A stretch of DNA of 64,000 nucleotides, from assembly GCF_009914755.1 (NCBI RefSeq), contig NC_060939.1; one strand, written 5' to 3'. Position 1 is the stretch's first letter. Every line of letters begins with the position of its first letter. Made by a program: the position numbers and the translations under genes. Shown here piece by piece: positions 27,132 through 38,159 of this stretch. This DNA comes from the human T2T-CHM13v2.0 reference genome, Homo sapiens. The notes under the pieces were generated by a model. It saw only the letters and a list, made by a program, of their open reading frames with translations. It made no database searches and had not been told where the DNA came from.

Positions 27132-28339
27132 TACACAGCAGGAGGATGGAACCCTCTGTCAGGCCCAAAGCCCGTGTTTCCTGAAATAGGCACCCCCCCT
27201 ACCACCTCCAGAAGCCCGAGAAGAGGCTGGGGCAGCTCTGCACAAGTGTCGCCTGTTTGCTCCCCTCTGGGTGCCCTTTCACTGTCTCCTCCGGGACAGG
27301 CCAGGACAAGACAGCCCCTGGTGGACCCAACAGCCTTTTGTGCAGGCAAGCGAGATACACAAACCTCCAGGAATCCCACGGGCTGGCCATTCCTAATGCT
27401 TAAATAGCAACCTCCTACAAGCTCTTCTAAGCTACCTTCTGTCTGATATGAAATCTGACACATCCCTTTAGAGAGTCATTAAGGCCAGAACATGAACTAA
27501 CTTCCTGTCAAACTAACTCTAACTCCTTGTCACCATGGTCTGCATTTTCCTGGCCAAATGCTTTGTGAGAAACACCAGTTCCATGCAGCTGGTCAGGAGG
27601 ACAGAGATGCCCATGCTGGCACCAGGAAACCGAGTGTTCCACTGTATTAAGCTGGCTTAGGGAGAGGCTCCATGGAGGAGTAGGACCGTGGAGGCTGCCT
27701 GTTGCCTTGGCAACCCAGCTTTTAGCCAGCCTCAGGGTGCGCTCCCTTCACCAGGTTTAAAGAACTGGGAAATCTACCAGCCAGCATGAGCAATTCTCAA
27801 AGAGTGGGTTATGTTTTAATCGCATTCTGACAGCTAATCTGTGAGGATGGCCCACCCACCGCCTGTGCCCCAGCCACCTGCAGAAGTTCATGAGCTACCT
27901 GGAATGATTTTCACGGCACCCTTCTTATGAAAACTCTTATTCTTTTTTTAAAATTATTTATTTCTTGTGACTGAGATTTAAAAATAAAATAAAAGGTATG
28001 ATTTGTATTACTGCAATTTGTCAGAATTATTTTCCTTCCTAAAAAGTACTGCAAAGGTTTAATGGAAGCACGAGTAACTATCTGGAAATTTCCATCCACA
28101 GTTATCGGCTTTGATAGTGGATGCAAAATAATTTTTAAGTTAAAACACACATAAAAACTATTTAATAGCTGAATGAATTTTCGTCAATTATTCAACACTT
28201 ATTTGAAGTTGCCTGTAAGCTGTATAAATAGTGACCTATAATGCCTTCTCCAGCGGAGTAGGAGAATGAATGCACTTATGATTGAATGAATGCTTTCCAC
28301 TGCTCTCGAGAGAGACTTGCCTTTAAAGTTCCTTCAGAC

Positions 28340-28555
28340 AGGCTGCTGAGAGTGTCGGGGAAGGGGATAACGAGGCACGGCTATAGAAATGCCTTTCTTC
28401 GGGGTTTCTGCTGGGGAAGATGGAGAAGTTCTGGAGACGGGTGCGGTAATGGTTGCGCAGCATCCTGAATGTACTCAATACCACGGAACTGAAAAATGGC
28501 TACACTGGCAAACTGTATGTTTCTGTATTTTACCACAATTTTTTTTTAAAAGAAA
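28340..28555 (+). mobile_element. L1MB-type 3' end
   Basis: 'gaagttctggagacgg...ggttgcgcagcatcctgaatgtactcaataccacggaactg...gtattttaccacaatt'. Confidence 0.75.
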
Positions 28556-28999
28556 AGAAAATGTATTTCTTCTCAGAGTTCAACACATTGAGGCCTGGAA
28601 GTTTTTCATTTGACTTCTAGGTTTGGAAACCAAGACTTGTCTGCTCTGAACCTGGCAGACATCCTCCCATCTAATTACTCTCAGTTGGACACGATGCTGG
28701 TTGTTATTCCACATGGAACGTTTTCATTTGTGTAGCATTAAATGTAGGAAGAACAGGCAAAACCATCCTGCAATGTTGCCCCCATGTAGCATTGCTCGTG
28801 CCTTATTTTCTATTCACAATCAAATCTAGGCGGACTGTCATGCATCTCAGTGTGACCAACCGAAACCACATGAGACAGGAGTTCAGAAGTTGTGGCTGTC
28901 ACACCCAGATCACAGAGACTGTCACTGTACTACCTGCCAGGTGGCTGTCTACACCTTCCTAGTGAGGCAGGACATGCACAAACCACAGGTCATCTTGTA

Positions 29000-29370
29000 C
29001 AGCTCCACAAACAGCCCACCTGGCACCATTCCCCTTCCAGATCACAGGCGCACACCAGCCTGGCTGTCTCTCTACTGACTTGAACATCCGGGGTCAGCTG
29101 TGCCTCTTTTCTTAGTTTCTGTAAATAGAATTGTGCCGTAGGTGCTATTTGTGCCCGGAGGTTCATCCATATTGGTGTGTGTCTTTGTTGCGGGTCATTT
29201 ATCTTCACCACTCAGCACTATTCCATTGTGTGAATGTTTCATGCGGTATTTATCCATTCTGCTGTGGATGGACAGTTGGCAATTTCTAGCTGGGCTACTA
29301 TGTACAATGCTGATTTGAACATTCTACCTGTCTTTGGAGAATATATGCATGCACTGCTGTTTGTAATATT
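29000..29370 (-). mobile_element. L1MD/ME fragment
   Basis: 'gaggttcatccatattgg...tattccattgtgtgaatg...tttatccattctgctgtggatggaca'. Confidence 0.7.
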
Positions 29371-30769
29371 GGTAGGTAATAGTTAAACCTCCTCCTCCCT
29401 TGGTTTTTTATGAAAGCTCAGGGTAGATTTTATTTGGATTAGTTTCCTTAGTGCCCTAGACAGCTGTGACCTGATTTTATCTTTCTTGGTTTCTTGAATT
29501 ACAAAAAAAAAAAAAAAAAAAAAAAAGTTTGCATTGAAATAACATTTTTACCAGGGTATTTCTGGAAGCTAAATTTTATATCTAAATATAAATGTTTGAA
29601 GCATGGAAGCCCATTTCTAATTGAATAAATGATAACAAACCATTTTCACAGCATCTTGATCATGCCACTGTTCTCAAATGCTTGATGAGGTCATCCAGAG
29701 ATGCTGTCCCCCAGTGGTGAGTTAATTCAGAGGGTCAGTCCATGTGCTCCACTGGCTGCCCCTCATTAGCTGGCATTAGAGAATGGCCAGGGCAACACCA
29801 GGGACTGCTGGAAACCCCATCTGAGTGGGTCTGGATGATTGCCTAGCTACATGGCTGGCTTCCAGGGAGGGAGGGTTAGGGCCAGCCAGAGTAAATGTGA
29901 CCCGCACTCCACCTTCCTCTTTCAGATTCATCCTCTGCCACGGCAATGAAGGTTTATGTGTCTGAGATTCTTCATCTTCTTCTGCAGGGCACAGCTGTGC
30001 TGCCAGTGCTTCCAAAGAGCAGAGAAGCCACTTTTGCTCCCCTGCCTGGTTCTCTGCTTGAACAGCTCTGCCAGCTTATTGCTGGGTGCAAGGAGACTTT
30101 CTGGGCAGCCCTTAAACTTCCGGAAATGCAGACTCTAAGGAGAAAGACTGCAAAGTTCTTCAAAGTGGCAGAGGGGCTGCTCAAGACTAAGGAGGTCCCA
30201 GTCATCCTCTGCCCAGGCCAGCCCCAGCTCCTCAGCATGGCCACCAGCCCAGCGTGGGAATCTGGGGCACTCTCCACCCCACCTCCTGCCCCAGGTGGCA
30301 CCCACAACCACTTCTTAGCCTTTGCCAGCCTGACCCATGGCCAGAGTGGACCAGGCTCCACTACCTTCATTGTTACAGGACTCTGCCCAAGACATTTCTG
30401 AATGAGATTAAGATATTACATATTACCCAAGACAGCACTCAGTGTGCAGGCTTCATCCCACTGATCAACCTTCCCCTAGTAGTGTCGTCCACTTACAAAC
30501 CCTCCTGTCTGTTGTTTCAGTGGGGTTGAACAATTCCCACTGCAATAATCTGAATACATTAGTTCTTGCCTTTATAACTTTGTCAGGTACAATTTTTGCC
30601 TTGACAGTGTCATAAGCTATAACTTCTAAAGGAGATGCCAAACACCCTCTCTCTCCTGTTACTTCATCAAAATATCACCCCTGTGAGTCTGGAAAGCTTC
30701 AGAGTTTTGTACTAAATCTCATTAAATATAAGCCTTCAGCACCTGTCAGCCCATCTGCTCCTACCCAGC

Positions 30770-33040
30770 TTCAGCCTTTCCCTTTATGTTGTCATTGTCA
30801 CAAATTACATCTTTATACATTGTGTGCCCATTAGCAAAGATTTATAATTATTGTTTTATAAATGTGTCCTTTAAATCATACAGGAAACAAAGAGGAGCTA
30901 CAATCCAGAATAATGTTAGCTTTTATATTTATCTATGTAATGACCTTTACCAGACTTTTTTATTTCTTTGTATAGATTTGAGTTACTGTGTAGTAACTCA
31001 AGCATCTAATAACTAGCAGCCTTTCTTTTACACCTCAAGTACTCCTTGTAGCATTTCTTATAAGGCAGGTCCACTAGCAACAAGTTCCCTCAGGTTTTGT
31101 TTTTCTGGGATAGTATTAAGTTCTCCTTCACTTTTGAGGTATACTTTTGCTAGATATAACATTCTTAGTTGATAGATTATTTTTTCCTCTCAATGCTTTA
31201 AATAATATCACCACACTGCCATCTGGCCTCCATGTTTTTTTCTGTTAATGTTATTGAGGATCCCTTGTATGTAACTGGTCATTTCTCTCATGTGACATTC
31301 AAGATTCTCTTTGTCTTTTGCTTTTGACAGAACTATAAAATACCCAGTTATGGATCTCTTTATCATTCTTGGAGTTTGTTGAGCTTCTTGGATGTTTAAA
31401 TGCATGTCTTTTATCAAGTTTGGAAATTTTGAGCATTATTTCTTCCAATATTCTTTCTTCACAATTCTTTCTCTTCTCCTGATACTCCCATTACCTGTAT
31501 GCAGTGAATTTTCATTTCAGTTATGGGGCTTTTGAGCTCCAGAATTTCTGACTGGTTCTTTTTTTACCACTTGTCTTTATTGACAGTTTCTATCTATCTA
31601 TTGAGACATTAGTCTCTTTATTTCCTTTACTATTTGTCCATGATTTTCTTAGCTCTTTCAGCATTTAAGACAGTTGATTTAAAGTTTATTTCTAGTAAGT
31701 CCAATGTCTGTGTTTCCTCACAACAATTTCTTTTAATGTTTCCCCTAAATAGAGCATGATTTCCTGTTTCCTTGTATGCTTCATACTTTTTGTTGAAAAC
31801 TGGACTTTTTAAATATTATAATACGGTAACTCAGGAAATAAGTTTCTTCCCCCTCCTCAGGGTTTGTTTTTGTTGCTTGTTTTGGGTTATAATTGTTTGA
31901 TAACTTTTCTAAACTATTTTTATAAAGTGATATGGTTTGGCTCTGTGTCCCCACCCAAATCTCATCTCGAATTATAATCTCCACATGTTGAGGGAGGGAC
32001 AGGGACCAGCCATGTGGAACTGTGAGTCAATTAAACCTTTTTCTTTATAAATTACCCAGTCTCAGGTAGTTCTTTATAGCAGTGGGAAAATGGACTAATA
32101 CATAAAGACTGTATTCTTTGCCATTTGTGGTCTCTGATGTCTCTGTTCCTCTAGCTTGCAGTCAGCTAGTGTTTTTGACAGAGATTCTTTGAATGCCTAA
32201 AGCCAGAAAACAAAATGCAAAAACAAGAAACCTCTCACAGTGTTTGCAGAATGGCCCTTTATTGGACACTCCTTCAGTGCTGAGCCCAGCCATTTACAAT
32301 TCTGTGTTAGCCTTCACTACCTGCTGACACCAGCCTTAAAGGTTAGCCAGAAGTAGAGGTTTAGAGTCTTCTTGAGTCTTTTCTGAGCTTATTTCCTTCC
32401 CTGGGCATGCTGTGGCTTTCTAAATACCCTGGAATACATAGGTGCTTTTCAATACTCTAATCTGCCAAAGAATCTCTCTTTTAAGCTTTTCATCCCAGGA
32501 TTTTGGTATGTCTTTTGTTTGCCTGAAATGTAGTATTTTCCCAAGTCACTAGAAGGTGGCTCACTTGCCTTTCAATGTTCCTGAGGAATGCTCTCAGCAT
32601 AGCCACTTTTCTGCTCTTAGAGAGTTCCAAGTTAAGCGAAACGAAGACAAGCACATTGCATCATTCCTTCAGGTAACACCCAGACAGATCAAAACAGACA
32701 AAGATAATTCTTTGAGAAAAGTTCTTCTCTGTTTCCTCTGAAACCAATGACTAGAGTCCCACAGTCAAAACATGGGCTTCCATCTTCAAGAGCAATGACC
32801 AGCTAGGGAGGGAGGTAAAACAAGGGAAAATAAAAATGCCACAAATCTCTCCTACTGTTTTTATATTGCCTCAAAAAAAGAAAATAAAACAAACTTGGCT
32901 GGTGTAAATCTTTGACCATTTTCTAGAATTCGGATAAAGTAGATCCTCACAGATTTTCTCATTATTTCAGCATTTCTGTGAAGGGTCTAGCTAGCCTTAG
33001 AGCTACCCACTCTGCCATTTTTGCTAACATGACTCCAGAA
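30770..33040 (-). mobile_element. Old L1M (L1MC/MD-like) 5'UTR/ORF1 region, interrupted by THE1
   Basis: 'agcatttcttataaggcaggtccactagcaacaagttccctcag', 'ggagtttgttgagcttcttggatgt'; minus-strand translation 31208-31417 (KDMHLNIQEAQQTP...KAKDKENL) resembles L1 ORF1p. Confidence 0.8.
31928..32102 (+). mobile_element. Internally deleted THE1D solo LTR (175 bp)
   Basis: Intact TGATATGGTTTGG and GGACTAATACA ends; perfect 5-bp TSD TAAAG (31923-31927 / 32103-32107). Confidence 0.92.
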
Positions 33041-33067
33041 GTGATGCCTACTGTTTACCTACTGCAT

Positions 33068-35674
33068 TGTGGTTGGCAGAATAATGGCCACTTAAAGATG
33101 TTCATGCCCCAATACCCAGAACCTGTGAATATGTTACCTGGCAAAGGGATTTGCTCTTGTGATTAAGATTACAGGCTTTTATATGAAGAAAATTTTTCTG
33201 GATTGTCCTGGATGGGCCTAATCTAATCACATGAAGCCTTTGGAAATGGGGAATGACCCTCAACTCACAGCTAACAAGAAAAGAGGTATCTCAGTCCTAC
33301 AACTTCAGGCAACTAAATTCTGCCAAGAAAAAAAAAATCAAAAATCACATCTTTCTTTTGAGCCTCCAGAAAGGAATGCAACCCTGCCAACACACTGATT
33401 TTAGCTTGATATGACCAGTATTGGACTTTTGACCACAGAACTGAGAGATAATGAATTTGTGTTATTTTAAGCCATTTAGTTTGTGGTTATTTTTCAAGGC
33501 AGCAATAGAAGATTCATACAGGCTATTGGTACCTGGAAATGGTACCTGGAAATGGAATGCACCTGTAACAAACACCTAACTATACAGAAGTGGATTTAAA
33601 ATTGGATATTGGTCAGAGGTGAGAAGAATTTTGAGGAGCATAATAGAAAAAGCCTCCGTTGTCTTAAACAAACTATTCATGAATGTTAAATACTTCCAAT
33701 GAAGGCTAAGAAGAAAGTGAGGAGCATTATAGAAAAAAAGTAAATCACCTTAGAGAATACCTAAATCTGCATGAACAGACCATTGATAGAAAAAATGGAC
33801 ATTAAAGGTGCTGGTGTTAAGAGCTCAGAAGGAAGTAAAGAATATATATTGGAAATTGGAGGAGAGGTAATGCTTCTTATAAGTGGAAAAAAGCCTAGCT
33901 GAATTATGTCACAGTTTTGTGACAAGAAGAACCTGTAAACAATAAAATTAGATATTTAGAAGAGAGATTTTCAGGCAAAATGTTAAAGATGTGTTCTGTT
34001 TTTTTTCTAGCTGCTTATAGTAAAAGGCAAGATGAAACAGATAAATTGAAGGAAGAGCTATTAAACAAAAAGGAACTAGAACTTGATGGTGTGGGAAATT
34101 CTCAGCATGTCTGAACAGTGAGACGCATTAAAATTAAAAGATTTACTATCAGGAAAGCATACTCTAGAGAAATGGCTTAAAGTAAACCCCTTTGAATGAT
34201 CAAAAAGTCAGTTTTCAGTTACACAAAGGATCTTTGAAAACATTAAGGGTAGGACTCACAGACCCCCCAAATCAAGCTACAGAGCATCTAGGAAATGTAA
34301 CAACATCGTCCCTTGGCCATCTTGACAAAAACCAAAAATTGAGATGAAATTATCTAGAAAAGATTTGTGGACACGCCACTTGTCTAATGGAGTGAATCAC
34401 CATGATATACACAAAAGACACACACGGTTCCTGAGAATTTTTTATCAGCAGAAACAGTGCCAGCTTGGACTGAAAGGGTTGGGGAGAGTACAAAAGAAAA
34501 GAAAGCTGTTGAACATGAGAGAATAACTTGGACTCTCCAGATTCCACAGGCAAGAAACTGGATGATAAAATTACTCAGCTGAGAGTGTAAGTTACCTTTC
34601 ATTAAGAAAGATTAACTCAAACGGGAGATCTCAGAGTGTAGAGAGTGGAGTCAGAGGCTCAAAAGGTGGAGCTTGAGGAACACAGGGTTATTTCTAAGCC
34701 TTGACACATAATGGAGTTTTCCTTGGCTGGATTTGAACCCAATGACTTCTTTATTTCTTCCATTTCCTCCCTCTTTGAATAACAATGTCTATAACCCTTA
34801 TCCTACTGTATTTGGGGAGCAGATAACTTATTTCTGTAGTTTAACAGTTTCACAGATAAAAAGAAATTTTGTCCTAAGATGGATCATACCAGATCCTTAC
34901 CCATACTTAATTTAGACAATTTAGATAATGATACCTGAGACTTTTGAGCTGATGATATTTAAACAATATTTTTAGATTTTGAGTTGATTTTTTAATTGGA
35001 TAAGACTTCAGGGAACCTTGGGACTGGGTGGATGTATATTTGCAACTGGGACAGGTGTGACTATTTGGAGGCTAGCGGACAGACTGCAGTAGTCACAATA
35101 GTCCTTCAGAGGAGTCCATGACTTCCTCCTTGGGCTTTGTGAATATGTTACCTTACGCAGCAAAAAGGATTTTCAGATGTGATTAAAGATTTGAGGAGGA
35201 GATATTATCCTGGATTTTATATCCAGGATATAAAATCCTGGCCCAGGATTTTTTTGTGGGCCCAATTAATCATATGTGTCCTTAGAAGGCGAGAGTCTTT
35301 CTCAGCAGTGGTCAAGGTAAGATGTAACGGGGAAGAGGAGGCAGCCTGCTGGTGCTGGCTATAAAGATGGAGGAGGGGCCATGAGCCAAGGAAAGCAGGG
35401 AACCTTTAAAGCTGGCAATGGCCCCAACTCTCAGTCAACATGCAAACTTGAATCTAAACCCTACAACCACAGGAATCTGAATTTTGCTAGCAACCTGAAT
35501 AAGCAAGGAAATGGATTCTTCCCTAGATCTCCCGAAAGGAAGGCAGCTCTGTCAACACCTTGGTTTTAGCCTGGAGCAGCCAGTGTTGGACTTCTAATCC
35601 ACGTTAACTTTAAGAAAACAAATTTGCATTGTATAAGCCACTAAAATTCAGGCAGCAATAAAAAAAATAATGCA
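33068..35674 (+). mobile_element. MLT1E-like MaLR element: 5' LTR 33068-33520, internal 33521-35084, 3' LTR 35085-35674
   Basis: Both LTRs share 'tgtgaatatgttacct', 'tgtgattaa', 'cctacaac', 'aagcca..ggcagcaata'; the internal region starts 'ggtacctggaaatgg' and has a purine-rich tract before the 3' LTR. Confidence 0.85.
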
Positions 35675-35885
35675 CATATTTTCAGTAGGACAAGCAATCA
35701 AACTTTTGGGCAACTGCTTGTACTATATATGTTTAAATATAAAACCTGTCACCATTGCTATAAAATAAAAGCTTAAGCACAGATATTTTTCCTTCTTAGA
35801 CTTACTAATGCTTAAAATTCATGGCCACACAATGATGATTGTCTCCCTGATAAAGACACAAAAATGTACTTTCTGTTCTCCTCTT

Positions 35886-36040
35886 TCATCCACTCATCTA
35901 GCACATTATTGTGTGCCTGCTGCATGCCAGGCAATGTGCTGTGTGCTATGGAGACTGAAAACAACAGTATGGACATGGCTTTGCCACCTCTGGATGTCAC
36001 AGGTTCACGAGAATACAGATAACCCAGTAAGCAGTGATAA
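35886..36040 (-). mobile_element. L2 3' end fragment
   Basis: 'catccactcatc...tgtgcctgctgcatgccaggcaatgtgct'. Confidence 0.6.
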
Positions 36041-36288
36041 ACAATTTTTTTTCAATTGCTCACATCCAGTCTCTTCAAAAAATCTCGTTTATTGCTTTTA
36101 GAATCACATTTAATCACATTTAAATTTTCTATACTTTTTAAGAATTCCACTACATAATTCCTACAAACCTAAATCTCTTTTTCCCCTAACACTTTCCTTC
36201 ATGATTTACTTTGTAATTATAGTGGATCTCAAATTTTAGCTTAAATTAGAATCATCTGGAGGATTTGGAGAAACTCTAGCCCCACCAC

Positions 36289-37050
36289 TTAGAGGTGAAG
36301 CTGGCTGGGCTTCTGGGTCAGGGGGACTTGGAGAACTTTTTTGTCTAGCTAAAGGATTGTAAACACACCAATCAGCGCTCTGTGTCTAGCTAAAAGTTTG
36401 TAAATGCACCAATCAACACTCTGCAAAAACGGACCAATCAGCACTCTGTAAAATGGACCAATCAGCACTCTGTAAAATGGACCAATCAGCAGGATGTGGG
36501 CGGGGCCAAATAAGGGAATAAAAGGCCACCTGGGCTGCAACGCAACTTGCTCGAATCCTTTTTCCGGAATGTGGAATCTTTCTTATTTTCCTTTTCACAG
36601 TAGATCTTCTTGCTTCTCACTTTTTGGGTTCGGATTTCCGTTAAAAGCTGTAACACTGGGAGAGTCTGCGGCTTCACTCCTAAATCAGGAAGACCACGAA
36701 CTCCTCGAGAGAAGCGAACTCTGGACGTGACACTTTTAGGAGCTGTAACACGGCAAAGGTCTGTGGCTTCATTCCTAACGTCAGAGAGACAACAAACTCA
36801 CCGGGAAAAATGAACAACTCCGGACCCGCCACCCTTAGGAGCTGTAACACGGCCAGGGTCTGCGGCTTCACTTCCGAAGTAAGCAAGACCACGAACCCAC
36901 CAGAAGGAAGAAATTCCGGACACATGTGAAAGGAACAAACGACTGACACACCATTTTTAAGAACCGCAACACTCACTGCGAGGGTTCGTGGCTTCGTTCT
37001 TGAAGTCTGTGAACCCAAGAACCCTCCGCAAGGAACCAGTTCCAGGCCCA
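36289..37050 (+). mobile_element. LTR12 (ERV9) solo LTR, short LTR12/LTR12F type
   Basis: 'agaggtgaagctggctgggcttctgggtc...ggagaacttt..gtctagctaaagg', repeated 'accaatcagcactctgtaaaatgg', U5 repeats 'agctgtaacac...gtctgcggcttcactcct'. Confidence 0.95.
36365..36525 (+). promoter_or_regulatory. LTR12 U3 promoter: five CCAAT (NF-Y) boxes, GC box, AATAAA TATA-like box
   Basis: CCAATC at about 36368, 36409, 36434, 36458 and 36482; GGGCGGGG at ~36498; AATAAAA at ~36517. This architecture is established for ERV9 LTR promoters; activity here is untested. Confidence 0.75.
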
Positions 37051-37299
37051 CGGCTAGACTTTCTTATTCAGCATACCGGGGGCAGGGAAAAAAGAGATAC
37101 TCAATATTTATATCTTTAAGAATGTTTAAACGCTGGTATAGCTGAAATTGGGAACCAACGTCTTGAAACCCACTGTTCTAATAAAAAACAGATGGATGCA
37201 AAAGGACAATGCGTTGACACTCCAAGTCGACCTGGTGGTGGTCACTGTGCCCTGGCAGGTTTTATTACTGAACGTGGAATGAGCCCAGCAAACCTGACC

Positions 37300-37745
37300 A
37301 CTTGGGTGCGCTGTGCATTCCTGTTGCTGGGTGGTTGACTGCCAGTTAACCCTGCCCAGCTTTTTCAGTTTCACAGCGTTAGAATTCCCGATTTTTAGTG
37401 GTGCACACCAAGCATTGTATTGACTGTTTCCCAGAATCCGTTGCAGTTTGGTGAGTTCGTTGACTAAATTCCAACCAATGGGATGAGTCATATCGATAGA
37501 GAAAAGGAAGGCGATCCCATGTTGGTCATTTCTCTTCTCCTTTGTGGTTGGAATATGGGCATTGCAGAAAGCCGCCTTAAGGCTGGCATATAAGGAAGCT
37601 AGATGGAAACATGTTAGCAGTGGACAAGACACCACAGCAGCCGAGGGTGAGGTACCTCTGCACCAATGCGTGAAACACAAAGCTGCTATCTTGTCTAACT
37701 TGTGAAATTGTGGGTCTCTGTTACATGTAGCTTAATCCAAATTAG
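37300..37745 (+). mobile_element. MLT1J/K-like LTR remnant
   Basis: End 'ttgtgggtctctgttacatgtagcttaatcc' resembles old MLT1 3' termini. Confidence 0.45.
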
Positions 37746-38159
37746 TTTAGGTACACAATAGAAAGCAGACAATGTAAAAGAAACCTGACGATACACAGGA
37801 CCAAATTCGAACTTGGTTTCTTGCCTTGTTTACATGAACAGCCAGGAAAAGCAAACAACTTTTTCTCTGGTATTTAATGAAAAGAGAGATTAAAAAGGAT
37901 TATCAAAGTAACATTTTGGTTTTATCCACTGGGTCTATGTGAGGTTAATTTTTCTCTAAGGCATGAGGTCAGGATGCCGTTTCCTTTTGAGTCCCAGCGA
38001 GGAATCGACTATTGCAGCGTCATTTGTTGAATGTCAACGTACAGTGGCAGCACTGCCCTGTTGCTGATTGGCATTATCCATAGGCCTGCTTCCAAACTTT
38101 CCATTGTATTACCTTTGTCTGTGTTCCCCTCTCTGTACTGATACACGCAGGTTTAATAT

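Larger units (their letters stand above)
36220..37178 (+). mobile_element. MER5A (hAT-Charlie) split by LTR12 (36220-36288 and ~37051-37178)
   Basis: 'agtggatctcaaattttagc...agaatcatctggagg' before the LTR; 'tttcttattcagc...tcttgaaacccactg' after it. Confidence 0.65.

Noticed and set aside
36365-37040. Repeated 24-bp and ~95-bp units as a novel array
   Set aside because: They are the known U3 CCAAT repeats and U5 repeats of LTR12.
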